DNA of 38,561 nucleotides from a virus (Duplodnaviria; Heunggongvirae; Uroviricota; Caudoviricetes): the IMG/VR virus record IMGVR_UViG_2703718787_000016, one strand, 5' to 3'. Numbering within the stretch: position 1 is the first letter of the stretch; each line of letters opens with the position of its first letter. Positions 1 to 7,928 of the stretch are shown here, one piece after another. Under the pieces are notes generated by a model, which had not been told where the DNA came from, searched no databases, and was given only the letters and a program-made list of their open reading frames with translations. Made by a program: the position numbers and the translations under genes.

Positions 1-480
1 TCATAGCGGCTGCCAGGTTATGGGTAACCACTGCCAGGCGGCACCGGGTTCCATCTGGGCCAGCTTCATGACATAACGCGGTTGTTGAGATAAAGCGTCC
101 AGCTTCGGCATTAATAAAGTTTGTGCGGCGTTATAAAAAACCGGTTCGAGATTCTTCGGCAGACTGGTCAACGTTTCGTTACGCAGCAGTTTCGCCACGC
201 CTTGTGGATTGATATAGAGCGGAACGATGCCATCAGTGGGTATTACATCCACCATTGCCGGGCGGGTTTTATTCAGTGTTTGCAGCGCGTTATTAACCAG
301 CGTGTCATCGAGGGAGAAAAGCAGCGTTTTGTTTTGCATCGCCAGCGACACGCGGAAAAAATAATCCGACATTAATTGATCGGGTTGCGCCGCCTGCGCT
401 TTCGGATACTGGCCGTATCGGGAACTCACTTCGCGACGCCAGATTTGCCCTTCGCCCTGCTGAGTCTGGCTTACCGGCAA
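1..480 (-). CDS. Host chromosomal gene, partial (5' end in window, 3' end beyond position 1); product not recognised
   Basis: Open frame on the minus strand running off the window edge. It begins with TTG at 480..478 preceded by an AAGG Shine-Dalgarno-like motif, with no in-frame ATG upstream before a stop at 537..535. It lies outside the prophage, left of the candidate att core. Confidence 0.45.
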   Translation of the reverse strand: MPVSQTQQGEGQIWRREVSSRYGQYPKAQAAQPDQLMSDYFFRVSLAMQNKTLLFSLDDTLVNNALQTLNKTRPAMVDVIPTDGIVPLYINPQGVAKLLRNETLTSLPKNLEPVFYNAAQTLLMPKLDALSQQPRYVMKLAQMEPGAAWQWLPITWQPL

Positions 481-526
481 AACACCTTCTGGAGATTTAA
501 CACACCTTACTCCCCTTGATGATTTA

Positions 527-537
527 CTTATTTTTCA
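527..537. other. Candidate attL core (cttatttttca)
   Basis: Near-identical to ttttattttca at 37321..37331. On the minus strand each copy contains an in-frame TGA: the one at 37331..37329 terminates the right-hand host ORF. Inexact match, so the core boundaries are uncertain. Confidence 0.3.
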
Positions 538-581
538 ATGACTAAATCAAAACAAGGGGAGCAAATTAACGCAAATTACAA

Positions 582-1589
582 CTAGTCAATGGACAGTTTA
601 TGGACACTATCAGCCAGCGGATTAAAGCTAATCGCATCCTGTAAAAAGTCCGGTGAAAAATGCGCATACGTCATCGTTTGTTGAATCGTGGCGTGCCCAA
701 GGATTCGCTGTAACGTAACGATATTTCCGCCGTTCATCATGAAATGCGTGGCGAACGTGTGACGCATAACGTGAGTCGCCTGACCTTTGGGTAAATCCGG
801 TTTCACCTCCTGAAGGATATCCCGAAAACGGATGTAATCAGCCTGGTACAATAGCCCGGTTTTTCGGGTTTTTATCAACGAAAGCACCGTATCAGAAACA
901 GGAACCGCGCGGGATTTTCCATTCTTTGTGTTAAAGAACATTACGCGGTTACCAACGATATGCTCACCACGTAAGCCAGCTGCTTCCCCCCACCTTGCGC
1001 CAGTGGAAAGACACAGAACAGCAACACGACGCGCATCCCCCTCGAGTCGTTCAAGCAGCCGATCAATCTCATCATCTGAAAGAAAGGCCATTTCTGTATT
1101 CCTGACCTTGAGCTTACGTATTCCACGCACCGGGTTTTCGTTATGGAAAACCTCCGCATCAATCAGCGAGGTAAACATTGCAGACAAGGCGCACAAATCA
1201 CGATTAACACTGGAGGGCATTAATCCGGCCTGTAATTTGTCTGAACGATACCCGAGCATAAACTTTCGCGTCATCTCACTGGCGCGGGGGTCCCTCATCT
1301 CACGGTTTATTTTTTCCAGCCTGACCCTGTAAGTATCCCCGTAAGGCTGATTCCGGCCATCAAGCACCCACCAGGCATCTATCAGTTCGGATAACCGACG
1401 CTGATCAGCTGGCTTGGCCTGCCACGGTTTATCGTGGAAATTCTGCAAAACATACCTTTCAAACTCCTGTGCCTTTGACTTCAGGGTAAAAATCTTACGG
1501 ATCCGCTTTCCTTCCGTCCCTTGCGGTCTTACATCAACCTTATAACGCCCGTCTTTGAGTTGCTTAATCGACATGATTAGCCCCTCCAA
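582..1589 (-). CDS. int: Tyrosine site-specific integrase, P2 Int-like
   Basis: 335 aa with phage-integrase catalytic-domain signatures (ARWGEA, HVMRHTFATHFMMNGGNI, LQRILGHATIQQTMTYAHF, carrying the Arg, His-x-x-Arg and Tyr residues). Located at the prophage end next to att and upstream of the repressor, as in P2. Confidence 0.93.
   Translation of the reverse strand: MEGLIMSIKQLKDGRYKVDVRPQGTEGKRIRKIFTLKSKAQEFERYVLQNFHDKPWQAKPADQRRLSELIDAWWVLDGRNQPYGDTYRVRLEKINREMRDPRASEMTRKFMLGYRSDKLQAGLMPSSVNRDLCALSAMFTSLIDAEVFHNENPVRGIRKLKVRNTEMAFLSDDEIDRLLERLEGDARRVAVLCLSTGARWGEAAGLRGEHIVGNRVMFFNTKNGKSRAVPVSDTVLSLIKTRKTGLLYQADYIRFRDILQEVKPDLPKGQATHVMRHTFATHFMMNGGNIVTLQRILGHATIQQTMTYAHFSPDFLQDAISFNPLADSVHKLSID
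589..607. promoter_or_regulatory. Candidate integrase arm-type binding sites (P' arm): two direct ATGGACA repeats
   Basis: ATGGACAgtttATGGACAc overlapping the 3' end of int; a 17/19-identical copy sits at 37287..37305. Resembles the TGTGGACA arm-site consensus I recall for P2 Int. Confidence 0.4.
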
Positions 1590-1643
1590 CGGATGAATCA
1601 GCCGTACACTCTCTACGGGATGAAACCCGCTCGATGTACAGCG

Positions 1644-1985
1644 TTAGCCAGCATTGCGACGAGATCGGGGTGATTTTTGGGTAATGCCGATTGAAACCTG
1701 ATCGCCCTCCGACTGAATGGAGCCATCAAGAGAGAGAGCCGGGGCAACCTGCCCGGCAGCGGGAAATGTTTTGTCGTGAAGTATCCACATAGTGTATTTT
1801 TCGAATCGCTCGACTTGGATTACTTTTTCTACAACCTCAATTCGCGCAGGTTTATATCCAGACTCATAATTTCCTATAGTTCCTACAGAAACTCCCGTTA
1901 CTTGCGAAAACTGAGATTGTGTAAGGTTTTCCGCGTTTCTGATTGCCTTTAGTTTTTTGGCGTAATCTCTTGACATGTTCACCAT
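1644..1985 (-). CDS. Immunity repressor, P2 C-like (HTH_XRE)
   Basis: An N-terminal helix-turn-helix (LTQSQFSQVTGVSVGTIGNYESG) follows the ATG at 1985. It is transcribed with int and divergent from or overlapping the early operon start. The listed ORF extends to a GTG at 2126, so the start is uncertain. Confidence 0.75.
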   Translation of the reverse strand: MVNMSRDYAKKLKAIRNAENLTQSQFSQVTGVSVGTIGNYESGYKPARIEVVEKVIQVERFEKYTMWILHDKTFPAAGQVAPALSLDGSIQSEGDQVSIGITQKSPRSRRNAG

Positions 1986-2008
1986 ACGATGAGTATCCTC
2001 TATTCGAA

Positions 2009-2026
2009 CTTCACCACAGGGTGAAG
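2009..2026. promoter_or_regulatory. Perfect inverted repeat CTTCACC-ACAG-GGTGAAG in the repressor/early-operon switch region (candidate operator)
   Basis: A 7-bp perfect palindrome with 4-bp spacer between the repressor start and the early operon start. Confidence 0.3.
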
Positions 2027-2088
2027 TAAACAAATCAAAACAAACCTTCATGATGCGCGACAAGCGCACCAACGCAAGAGGATAGCAA

Positions 2089-2613
2089 ATGCGGAAGTCA
2101 ATTGCCGATAAAGAGTTATCTGACACACAAGCCCTTCAGGAAAACGACAGCATCACCGAATCCGTTGGCGCGGCAAACGACGATGAACACCAAGAGGAAA
2201 AGAAAAAACGCACCTACAAAAAAGGGGCAACCTTGCGACTGGATGGCCCGGTAGCCGGACTTTGCTCACTTGAAAAAGGGGCAGCCTATATCGGGTTGAC
2301 AAAAGCTGCATTGCGCGTGGCGCTTCAGCGAAATCAGATGCCTGGACACAAGACCCGTTCAAACCCTGAAGATGAAAATTCGGATGGCGTATGGTGGTTT
2401 AACGCCAGAGAGTGGGACAAGCTGGCTGACGAACTACCAGAATGCGAGCCGCCAGAATGGCACAACTGGAAAAGCTACTGGACGTACGACCGACAGAAAA
2501 GAAAGTTTTCCCCGGCAAACAAAGAAGACTGCCAGACCATCAATGGAAAGCGGGTTTACACAGGAAGAAAGTCAAAACTGGAGCAACACCAATACAGCGA
2601 AGGCAACCAGTGA
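2089..2613 (+). CDS. Cox/Apl-like early regulator (excisionase/repressor-type HTH); true start possibly internal (TTG at 2233)
   Basis: The segment GAAYIGLTKAALRVALQRNQMP...GVWWFNAREWDKL resembles the P2 Cox HTH and the following aromatic motif, and it is the first gene of the rightward early operon. The ORF is longer than Cox; an AAGGGG Shine-Dalgarno motif precedes TTG 2233. Confidence 0.5.
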   Translation: MRKSIADKELSDTQALQENDSITESVGAANDDEHQEEKKKRTYKKGATLRLDGPVAGLCSLEKGAAYIGLTKAALRVALQRNQMPGHKTRSNPEDENSDGVWWFNAREWDKLADELPECEPPEWHNWKSYWTYDRQKRKFSPANKEDCQTINGKRVYTGRKSKLEQHQYSEGNQ

Positions 2614-2664
2614 CATCAAAACAAACCGGGATCATTAAGAGCATCGGGATTTGAATGTGTTGAC

Positions 2665-2859
2665 ATGACTGACTCCACTCAAACAAAAGACTTATACAGC
2701 GATTTACGCTTCATCATCATACAACAGCAATCAGGCAGGATGGATCCAACACGTGCAAGCAAGGCCTGGAAAGAAGCCCTTACCGATCAGGGGATCGATG
2801 TAATTAGCGAAGTCATGGCTGAAGTGATTTTTAGGCTGACAAGAGACGAATCACTGTAA
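2665..2859 (+). CDS. Hypothetical early protein (64 aa)
   Basis: ORF in the early operon, same strand, no recognisable motif. Confidence 0.4.
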   Translation: MTDSTQTKDLYSDLRFIIIQQQSGRMDPTRASKAWKEALTDQGIDVISEVMAEVIFRLTRDESL

Positions 2860-2884
2860 TCATCGCATAAGGACCGAGTGAAGA

Positions 2885-3208
2885 ATGAAGCAACAACGAA
2901 ATGCACGCATCAATAACAACACCGAACGCCACGTTGCACGCCAGCACTTCCGTAAAAATAGTGCGACCGCAACCACTGAAATCCATACCACACCAGACGG
3001 TCATCCGGTAAAACAAACCGGAAAGCACACCTGGGCGATTGGCGACACTGGCATCGTTATTCACAAAAGTTTTCGTAGCCCTGTTACTGGCAGATTTAAT
3101 TTTACCCTGACTCGCGGAGATGATTACTTCGGACAGGACTTCACATTTTTTGAAGCGTTAAGAACGGTCGATCGGTTAATGACTGGTCGTAATTTTCACG
3201 CTAAATGA
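2885..3208 (+). CDS. Hypothetical early protein (107 aa)
   Basis: ORF with ATG after a GAG-rich Shine-Dalgarno-like region in the early operon; no recognisable motif. Confidence 0.5.
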   Translation: MKQQRNARINNNTERHVARQHFRKNSATATTEIHTTPDGHPVKQTGKHTWAIGDTGIVIHKSFRSPVTGRFNFTLTRGDDYFGQDFTFFEALRTVDRLMTGRNFHAK

Positions 3209-3221
3209 TACAGATGAAAAC

Positions 3222-3437
3222 ATGGAAACATACAAAATTAAAAATATTGAACACCATGACGGTTTTTTCAGCACTGAACATGTTGCTTGTGTTGTCAGGA
3301 TTTTCAATGAAGTAGATGTGATTTTGAAGCAAAACATAAAGCTTGAAATCATCGCAAAAAGCGAAGCCGACGCCATTGAAATAAAAAAAGCTATTGAACG
3401 CCAGATAATGCCGTTGACAAGTATCATTGCATTTTAA
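3222..3437 (+). CDS. Hypothetical early protein (71 aa), AT-rich
   Basis: ORF in a visibly AT-rich patch of the early operon. Confidence 0.45.
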   Translation: METYKIKNIEHHDGFFSTEHVACVVRIFNEVDVILKQNIKLEIIAKSEADAIEIKKAIERQIMPLTSIIAF

Positions 3438-3455
3438 GCAACAGGAAAAATAACC

Positions 3456-3695
3456 ATGACCAGAAATTACAAAGAAATCGTCAATCAGATCATTAAGGCT
3501 TACAGCCACCGCATCGCAAAATCACCCGAGTTCATACGCATAATGGAGACGCGCTCATTAATGCAAGGACTGAACGGGTTGGCACTGGCCGCATTGGCAG
3601 CTAACGATATTGATGCCACTATCGAAATAAACAACCTGTTATTAGACATTGAAAAAGGCGGAAACATAGAACCCTACAATCTGGAGGCCGCATGA
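3456..3695 (+). CDS. Hypothetical early protein (79 aa)
   Basis: ORF preceded by a GGAAAA-rich leader; ATGA overlap with the next small ORF suggests translational coupling. Confidence 0.5.
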   Translation: MTRNYKEIVNQIIKAYSHRIAKSPEFIRIMETRSLMQGLNGLALAALAANDIDATIEINNLLLDIEKGGNIEPYNLEAA

Positions 3696-3817
3696 GCGTA
3701 TTTCTTTCGTGGGTAATTCTGATTATCTCCGTGCTTATGACAATCGGCATTATGCGAATTATCCACACACTGAAGGATATCGAATTATTCTTTACCGGCG
3801 ATAAACGCCGTAAATAA
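3692..3817 (+). CDS. Small hydrophobic peptide (41 aa, one predicted transmembrane segment)
   Basis: Translation MSVFLSWVILIISVLMTIGIMRIIHTLKDIELFFTGDKRRK; its start overlaps the upstream stop (ATGA). Below the ORF-track size cutoff, so the call is tentative. Confidence 0.35.
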   Translation: MSVFLSWVILIISVLMTIGIMRIIHTLKDIELFFTGDKRRK

Positions 3818-3829
3818 AGCGAAAACCTT

Positions 3830-3931
3830 ATGAAGAATGTAAAAGCAATACTCACCATCGCCACTGTATGGGTGATATTTCAGGTGAGTGCGCTTATCTG
3901 GTTAGCCCTGAAGAATCTGGGGATAATCTGA
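3830..3931 (+). CDS. Small hydrophobic peptide (33 aa, one predicted transmembrane segment)
   Basis: Translation MKNVKAILTIATVWVIFQVSALIWLALKNLGII, immediately downstream of the 41-aa peptide. Tentative. Confidence 0.3.
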   Translation: MKNVKAILTIATVWVIFQVSALIWLALKNLGII

Positions 3932-4007
3932 AGCCGAAAGCAGGCGCGGAATAACACCAGAAAACACACGAACAATTAATTAAGGCATTCATGCCTTCGG
4001 ATTCCCT

Positions 4008-4262
4008 TTGTCTTTTTTCATGAGTCAACAAATGAGAACAGCCGAATCACCCGGCAGAAAAATAACCGCCAGACCAGCTAACCATCATGCACATATCAGC
4101 ATTGCCGCAAGAAAAGCCGAGCGTGCGCATATCTGCGAATTGCTGCATGACCTGGTTAACACAGCGAGAGAGAAGCACACCTCCCCGGAGGAAACCTGTT
4201 CATCCATTGAACGACTGATTGCAATACTCGCCAACCCAGACGAACTGAAGGGGTGCGCATAA
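4008..4262 (+). CDS. Hypothetical early protein (84 aa or shorter)
   Basis: ORF whose stop overlaps the exonuclease start (TAATG). Confidence 0.4.
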   Translation: MSFFMSQQMRTAESPGRKITARPANHHAHISIAARKAERAHICELLHDLVNTAREKHTSPEETCSSIERLIAILANPDELKGCA

Positions 4263-4843
4263 TGAACCATCTCATGATTGACACCGAAACACTGGGTAAC
4301 GGACCGGACGCAGCCATATTCGCGATTGGGGCGGTGTTTTTCGACCCGTTCACCGGAAAGCTGGGCAAGCAGTTTGAGAAATTCATCGACCCGGTGGATT
4401 CAGAACGCAACGGCGGAACCGTCAATGCAGCCACCGCTGTATGGTGGGCCGGACAATCCGTGGAAGCCAGAGCCTGCCTGCGCAACGCAGATGGAACAGA
4501 GCTGGCAGCAGTGACCGAATTTCTGGCGTTCATTTCACGCAATATGCATGACGAAAGCCCGGGCAATTCACTGAACATATGGTGTAAGGGCGCATCCTTC
4601 GATTTCCCGATCCTGAAATCCGCCATAACACGCACAGCCGGAGAAAAAAGCATCCCCTGGTGCTACTGGAACGAGCGCTGTATGCGCCCGCTTATCGCCA
4701 TGGCTGAATCAACTGGATGGAAAATGCCAGGCAGATCAGGCAAAGAGACCATTGCTCACACCGCGCTGGGCGACGCCGTTTACCAGGCAAAGGTCGTGTC
4801 AGAAATCTGGCAGCGCTTCACAACACCATTCCTGAACATATGA
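4262..4843 (+). CDS. 3'-5' exonuclease, DEDDh (DnaQ-like) family
   Basis: Exo motifs MIDTETLG (Asp-x-Glu), FDFPIL and HTALGDAVYQA (His...Asp). Confidence 0.8.
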   Translation: MNHLMIDTETLGNGPDAAIFAIGAVFFDPFTGKLGKQFEKFIDPVDSERNGGTVNAATAVWWAGQSVEARACLRNADGTELAAVTEFLAFISRNMHDESPGNSLNIWCKGASFDFPILKSAITRTAGEKSIPWCYWNERCMRPLIAMAESTGWKMPGRSGKETIAHTALGDAVYQAKVVSEIWQRFTTPFLNI

Positions 4844-5076
4844 GGTGAAGCCATGGTCGCCATCCTGAATGTGTGTTGCTGCCCCCCCCTGAACGTGGAA
4901 AGAAAAGCCCGCGCATCGCTGCGTTTATTCCGCGACGGCGTGCGGAATTTTTCACGCATAAAACCCCACGACTACCTGGTAATAAGAATCGGTTTTCGCT
5001 GGCGATTGCTGAGCAAAAACAACGGGGCGTCATGGGATTTATTAACGCACGAAACCTATAACAAAGAGGCCGCGTT

Positions 5077-6021
5077 ATGAGCAAAGAACTGTTATCCGGC
5101 ACGCCGCTTAAATGGGTGGGCGGAAAAAGTCGCATCATGAACACACTGAAGGCGCATCTGCCAGAAGCAGACTGCCTGGTTGAGCCGTTTGTGGGTGGCG
5201 CATCGGTATTCATGAACACCAGTTACAAGCGTTACATCCTGGGTGATTCCAATGGTGCGCTGATTAATTTCTACCGGCAAGCCAGGGACAACACCGACAG
5301 CCTGATCGACGAGGCGAAAACCCTGTTCCTGAACCACAACAACAGGGGTGACTATCTCATCATTCGCGAAACCTTTAACGCAGAGAATCATGCCTTCCTG
5401 AACAGCAGAACGGGAATAAGCGACCGCCGTGAACTGCGACTGGCCGCCATGTTTTTGTACCTGAACCGACACAGCTTTAACGGTTTGTTCCGCGTGAACG
5501 GAAAAGGCGATTTTAACGTGCCTTTCGGCTGCTACCGCAAGCCCTACTTCCCTGAGCGGGAAATCCGCGCATTTGCAGACAAGGCAAACAGCACCCGAAC
5601 GCTGCTTATCCACGCAGATTTTAAGGATACGCTGAACTCTGCCAGTCACCTGTTCGGCATGGGCAACACGCTTTGCGTGTACTGTGATCCCCCTTACCTG
5701 CGATTCAGTGGCCGGGACAATTTCACCGCCTACGGAAAACCATTCGATGAAGACGAGCACGTTCGTCTGAGGGCAGCGCTTGACCGCCTTTCACAGGAAA
5801 CGGGCGGCATGACCAGCATCACCATATCCAATTCCGACACACCGGAAACCAGACGCATTTATCAGGGTTACCGGATGAACGCCATCCAGGCACCACGAAG
5901 CGTTGGCGCAAGAACCCGGGAATCAGCACCGGAGGTTATCGCCACCCTGAGATGCATCACATCCGCCTTATCAACGGTTCGCACTTCTGCGCCACGAACA
6001 TGGAAGAAGTACGCGTGCTGA
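5077..6021 (+). CDS. dam: DNA adenine (N6) methyltransferase, Dam family
   Basis: N-terminal KWVGGK and FVGGASVF (SAM-binding motif I) and the catalytic DPPY motif (VYCDPPYLR). Confidence 0.9.
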   Translation: MSKELLSGTPLKWVGGKSRIMNTLKAHLPEADCLVEPFVGGASVFMNTSYKRYILGDSNGALINFYRQARDNTDSLIDEAKTLFLNHNNRGDYLIIRETFNAENHAFLNSRTGISDRRELRLAAMFLYLNRHSFNGLFRVNGKGDFNVPFGCYRKPYFPEREIRAFADKANSTRTLLIHADFKDTLNSASHLFGMGNTLCVYCDPPYLRFSGRDNFTAYGKPFDEDEHVRLRAALDRLSQETGGMTSITISNSDTPETRRIYQGYRMNAIQAPRSVGARTRESAPEVIATLRCITSALSTVRTSAPRTWKKYAC

Positions 6022-6049
6022 CAGCAACACGCAATACGGGAGGTAAAGC

Positions 6050-6400
6050 ATGGCAGTGATTTATATCGCCGGTCCCATGACCGGATGCAAAGACCACAAC
6101 AGGACGGCATTTTGCGTGGAGGACCTGAAACTTCGGTGCGCCGGAAACATCGTTCTTAATCCTGCCGTACTGCCTGACGGATTAAGCCAGCAGCAGTACA
6201 TGAGCATTTGTATTCCGATGCTCATGTGTGCCGATGCCATTTACTTACTGGAAGGCTGGGTGGATTCAGCTGGCGCGCGGGCGGAGTACGTAATGGCACT
6301 CAAACTGAACATGCCAGTGTCATTCCCGGAAAACCGGGCAGCCGGAGAAACCATCGCGCAGCTGCTTCACAAATCAAAAGCCGCACAGGCGACTGAGTAA
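6050..6400 (+). CDS. DUF4406-like (nucleoside 2-deoxyribosyltransferase-like) protein
   Basis: N-terminal MAVIYIAGPMTG motif typical of this family; immediately downstream of dam. Confidence 0.6.
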   Translation: MAVIYIAGPMTGCKDHNRTAFCVEDLKLRCAGNIVLNPAVLPDGLSQQQYMSICIPMLMCADAIYLLEGWVDSAGARAEYVMALKLNMPVSFPENRAAGETIAQLLHKSKAAQATE

Positions 6401-6838
6401 CCGACCGGAGATCGAAACATGATTGCGCGAAGAGCTGCCAACCGCCTCACAGGCTTTATTCCAGGCAAGGTTGATCATGCACTCCATCACGGGGCTGTCA
6501 CTTTCCTCAACAAAGGAGAGGCGCGCAATCATGCATTCCGGAGTGAGCACGTGGCGCTGGCTAATCAGTCTTTGATAGCTAAGCGCCTGCCATTCAGCCT
6601 TTTCAGCTCTGATAGAAAGAGAGGCAGCCATGACCTGCCACACCAGAAAGAGCACCACACTGGCGAAAACAAACGTTGCGCTGTCGCAAAAAATGAATGC
6701 GGCAACAATCGCAAGGAAAGCGCTAATCCTCAGAACCAAGGAAGCGCGACGGTGGAGAAGGCTTGTCATGTGTTCAAGCCAGTAGCTGTACCACAGGTCA
6801 AAAAGAATTTCGTAATCAGAAGGGAGCTTATCACTCAT
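6374..6838 (-). CDS. Predicted membrane protein encoded antisense to the early operon (about 154 aa)
   Basis: ATG at 6838 followed by two long hydrophobic segments (ISAFLAIVAAFIFC, FVFASVVLFLVWQVMAASL). The plus strand across this stretch has no convincing gene. Confidence 0.4.
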   Translation of the reverse strand: MSDKLPSDYEILFDLWYSYWLEHMTSLLHRRASLVLRISAFLAIVAAFIFCDSATFVFASVVLFLVWQVMAASLSIRAEKAEWQALSYQRLISQRHVLTPECMIARLSFVEESDSPVMECMINLAWNKACEAVGSSSRNHVSISGRLLSRLCGF

Positions 6839-7221
6839 CAGAAACACCCCGCGTATGCAGACAATCACCAGTTGCCAGGTGATATTAATTCGCCACATTC
6901 TAACCACATCAGCACGCAACACAAAAACCGCTTGCCAGCGCTCGTCGTGTCGGGTTACATTTCCGCTGCACCTCATAAAACGGGTGCCGGGATTTCCACC
7001 CTGCTGACTAGCAAAGCGCACTACCGCGCCAGCGGTTTTTTTGTGCGTACTGTATTGCCACGTTTTTTTCGCATCAGAATTATGGCGGGGCGTACGGGGC
7101 CGACTTCGGTCGGGCCGGGTTCTTTGCTAGCCGGTTGTGGAAACCCTGTACGTCTCGCCACCCCGAGTTTTCCACCTCCGGTTGGTGAGTTTTCAAAACT
7201 TACTAGCAAAGAGGCCACACC

Positions 7222-7443
7222 ATGGCAAACCGCAAGCAACAGCGCGCCCGCGCTGAGCGTCTTCACATCCGCAGCGAAATCAACCGCAGACTTTTCCGCG
7301 CAACACGCGTCGCGCAAATCATGCATATCAACATGCTGCATGAGCGCACGCACGCACTATCAAACCGTTACTGCGCTGCCGTCTTCAGCTATCTGGCCGA
7401 AGACCTGGCAGAACTGCAAAGCCTCATCAACCAGCACCGATAA
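7222..7443 (+). CDS. Hypothetical basic protein (73 aa)
   Basis: ATG preceded by an AGAGG Shine-Dalgarno motif; Arg-rich N-terminus. Confidence 0.4.
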   Translation: MANRKQQRARAERLHIRSEINRRLFRATRVAQIMHINMLHERTHALSNRYCAAVFSYLAEDLAELQSLINQHR

Positions 7444-7511
7444 ACCACATCCGGAAGCTATCCCACACCTGCACGCGGGAGGCTTCCGCACATCTGTTAC
7501 CGGAGGTTCTC

Positions 7512-7928
7512 ATGAAGAGCGTTAAGGGACTTTCAGATATTCAGGACTTCTTTAACTGGATGTGGGCGGTGGATCCCCTGCTGGCTTCCCGCCTGAACAA
7601 CTGGCACGACTATTACCGCCGCGCCTGTAAACAGGCCGCCCGCAGCATCACCACATACGGGGATTTCTCCTTCACCGTTGACGGTCGTTACCGCGTGGAC
7701 GTGAAAGGTGACGGTGATGGCTTTGGTTTATTTCACATCAACGGCACCGACAGTACCGCCATCAGCTGGTCATCGTCAGAGATGGCACTGGTTCTGGAAA
7801 TGACAACCCACAGCGTGGCCGTGAAAGGCATATACACCGCAGAAGACTTTATCGGTGAATACCAGCGCCTTCTCGTGCTGTACCGCGCGGCGTTTCAGGA
7901 GGTCACTGGCGGGGAGTACGACGCATGA
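7512..7928 (+). CDS. Hypothetical protein upstream of the replication gene (138 aa)
   Basis: GGAGG Shine-Dalgarno motif before the ATG; stop overlaps the gpA start (ATGA). Confidence 0.55.
   Translation: MKSVKGLSDIQDFFNWMWAVDPLLASRLNNWHDYYRRACKQAARSITTYGDFSFTVDGRYRVDVKGDGDGFGLFHINGTDSTAISWSSSEMALVLEMTTHSVAVKGIYTAEDFIGEYQRLLVLYRAAFQEVTGGEYDA

Noticed and set aside
589-607. Treating the ATGGACA direct repeats themselves as the att core
   Set aside because: The left copy lies inside the integrase coding sequence to the right of the int stop, so a core there would place the int 3' end in host DNA; the repeats fit arm-type binding sites better.
480-620. tRNA or tmRNA gene as the integration target
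   Set aside because: No tRNA-like sequence (acceptor stem or T-arm motifs) at either prophage boundary; the junctions lie in protein-coding context.
5092-5760. 222-aa minus-strand ORF antisense to the Dam methyltransferase gene
   Set aside because: Shadow ORF within a gene that has clear catalytic motifs on the plus strand.
6419-7525. 368-aa plus-strand ORF spanning the gap in the early operon
   Set aside because: Low-complexity translation rich in Ser/Thr/His/Pro with no hydrophobic core pattern; it overlaps the better-supported minus-strand membrane ORF and two downstream plus-strand genes with proper ribosome-binding sites, so it is most likely a chance open frame in GC-rich DNA.
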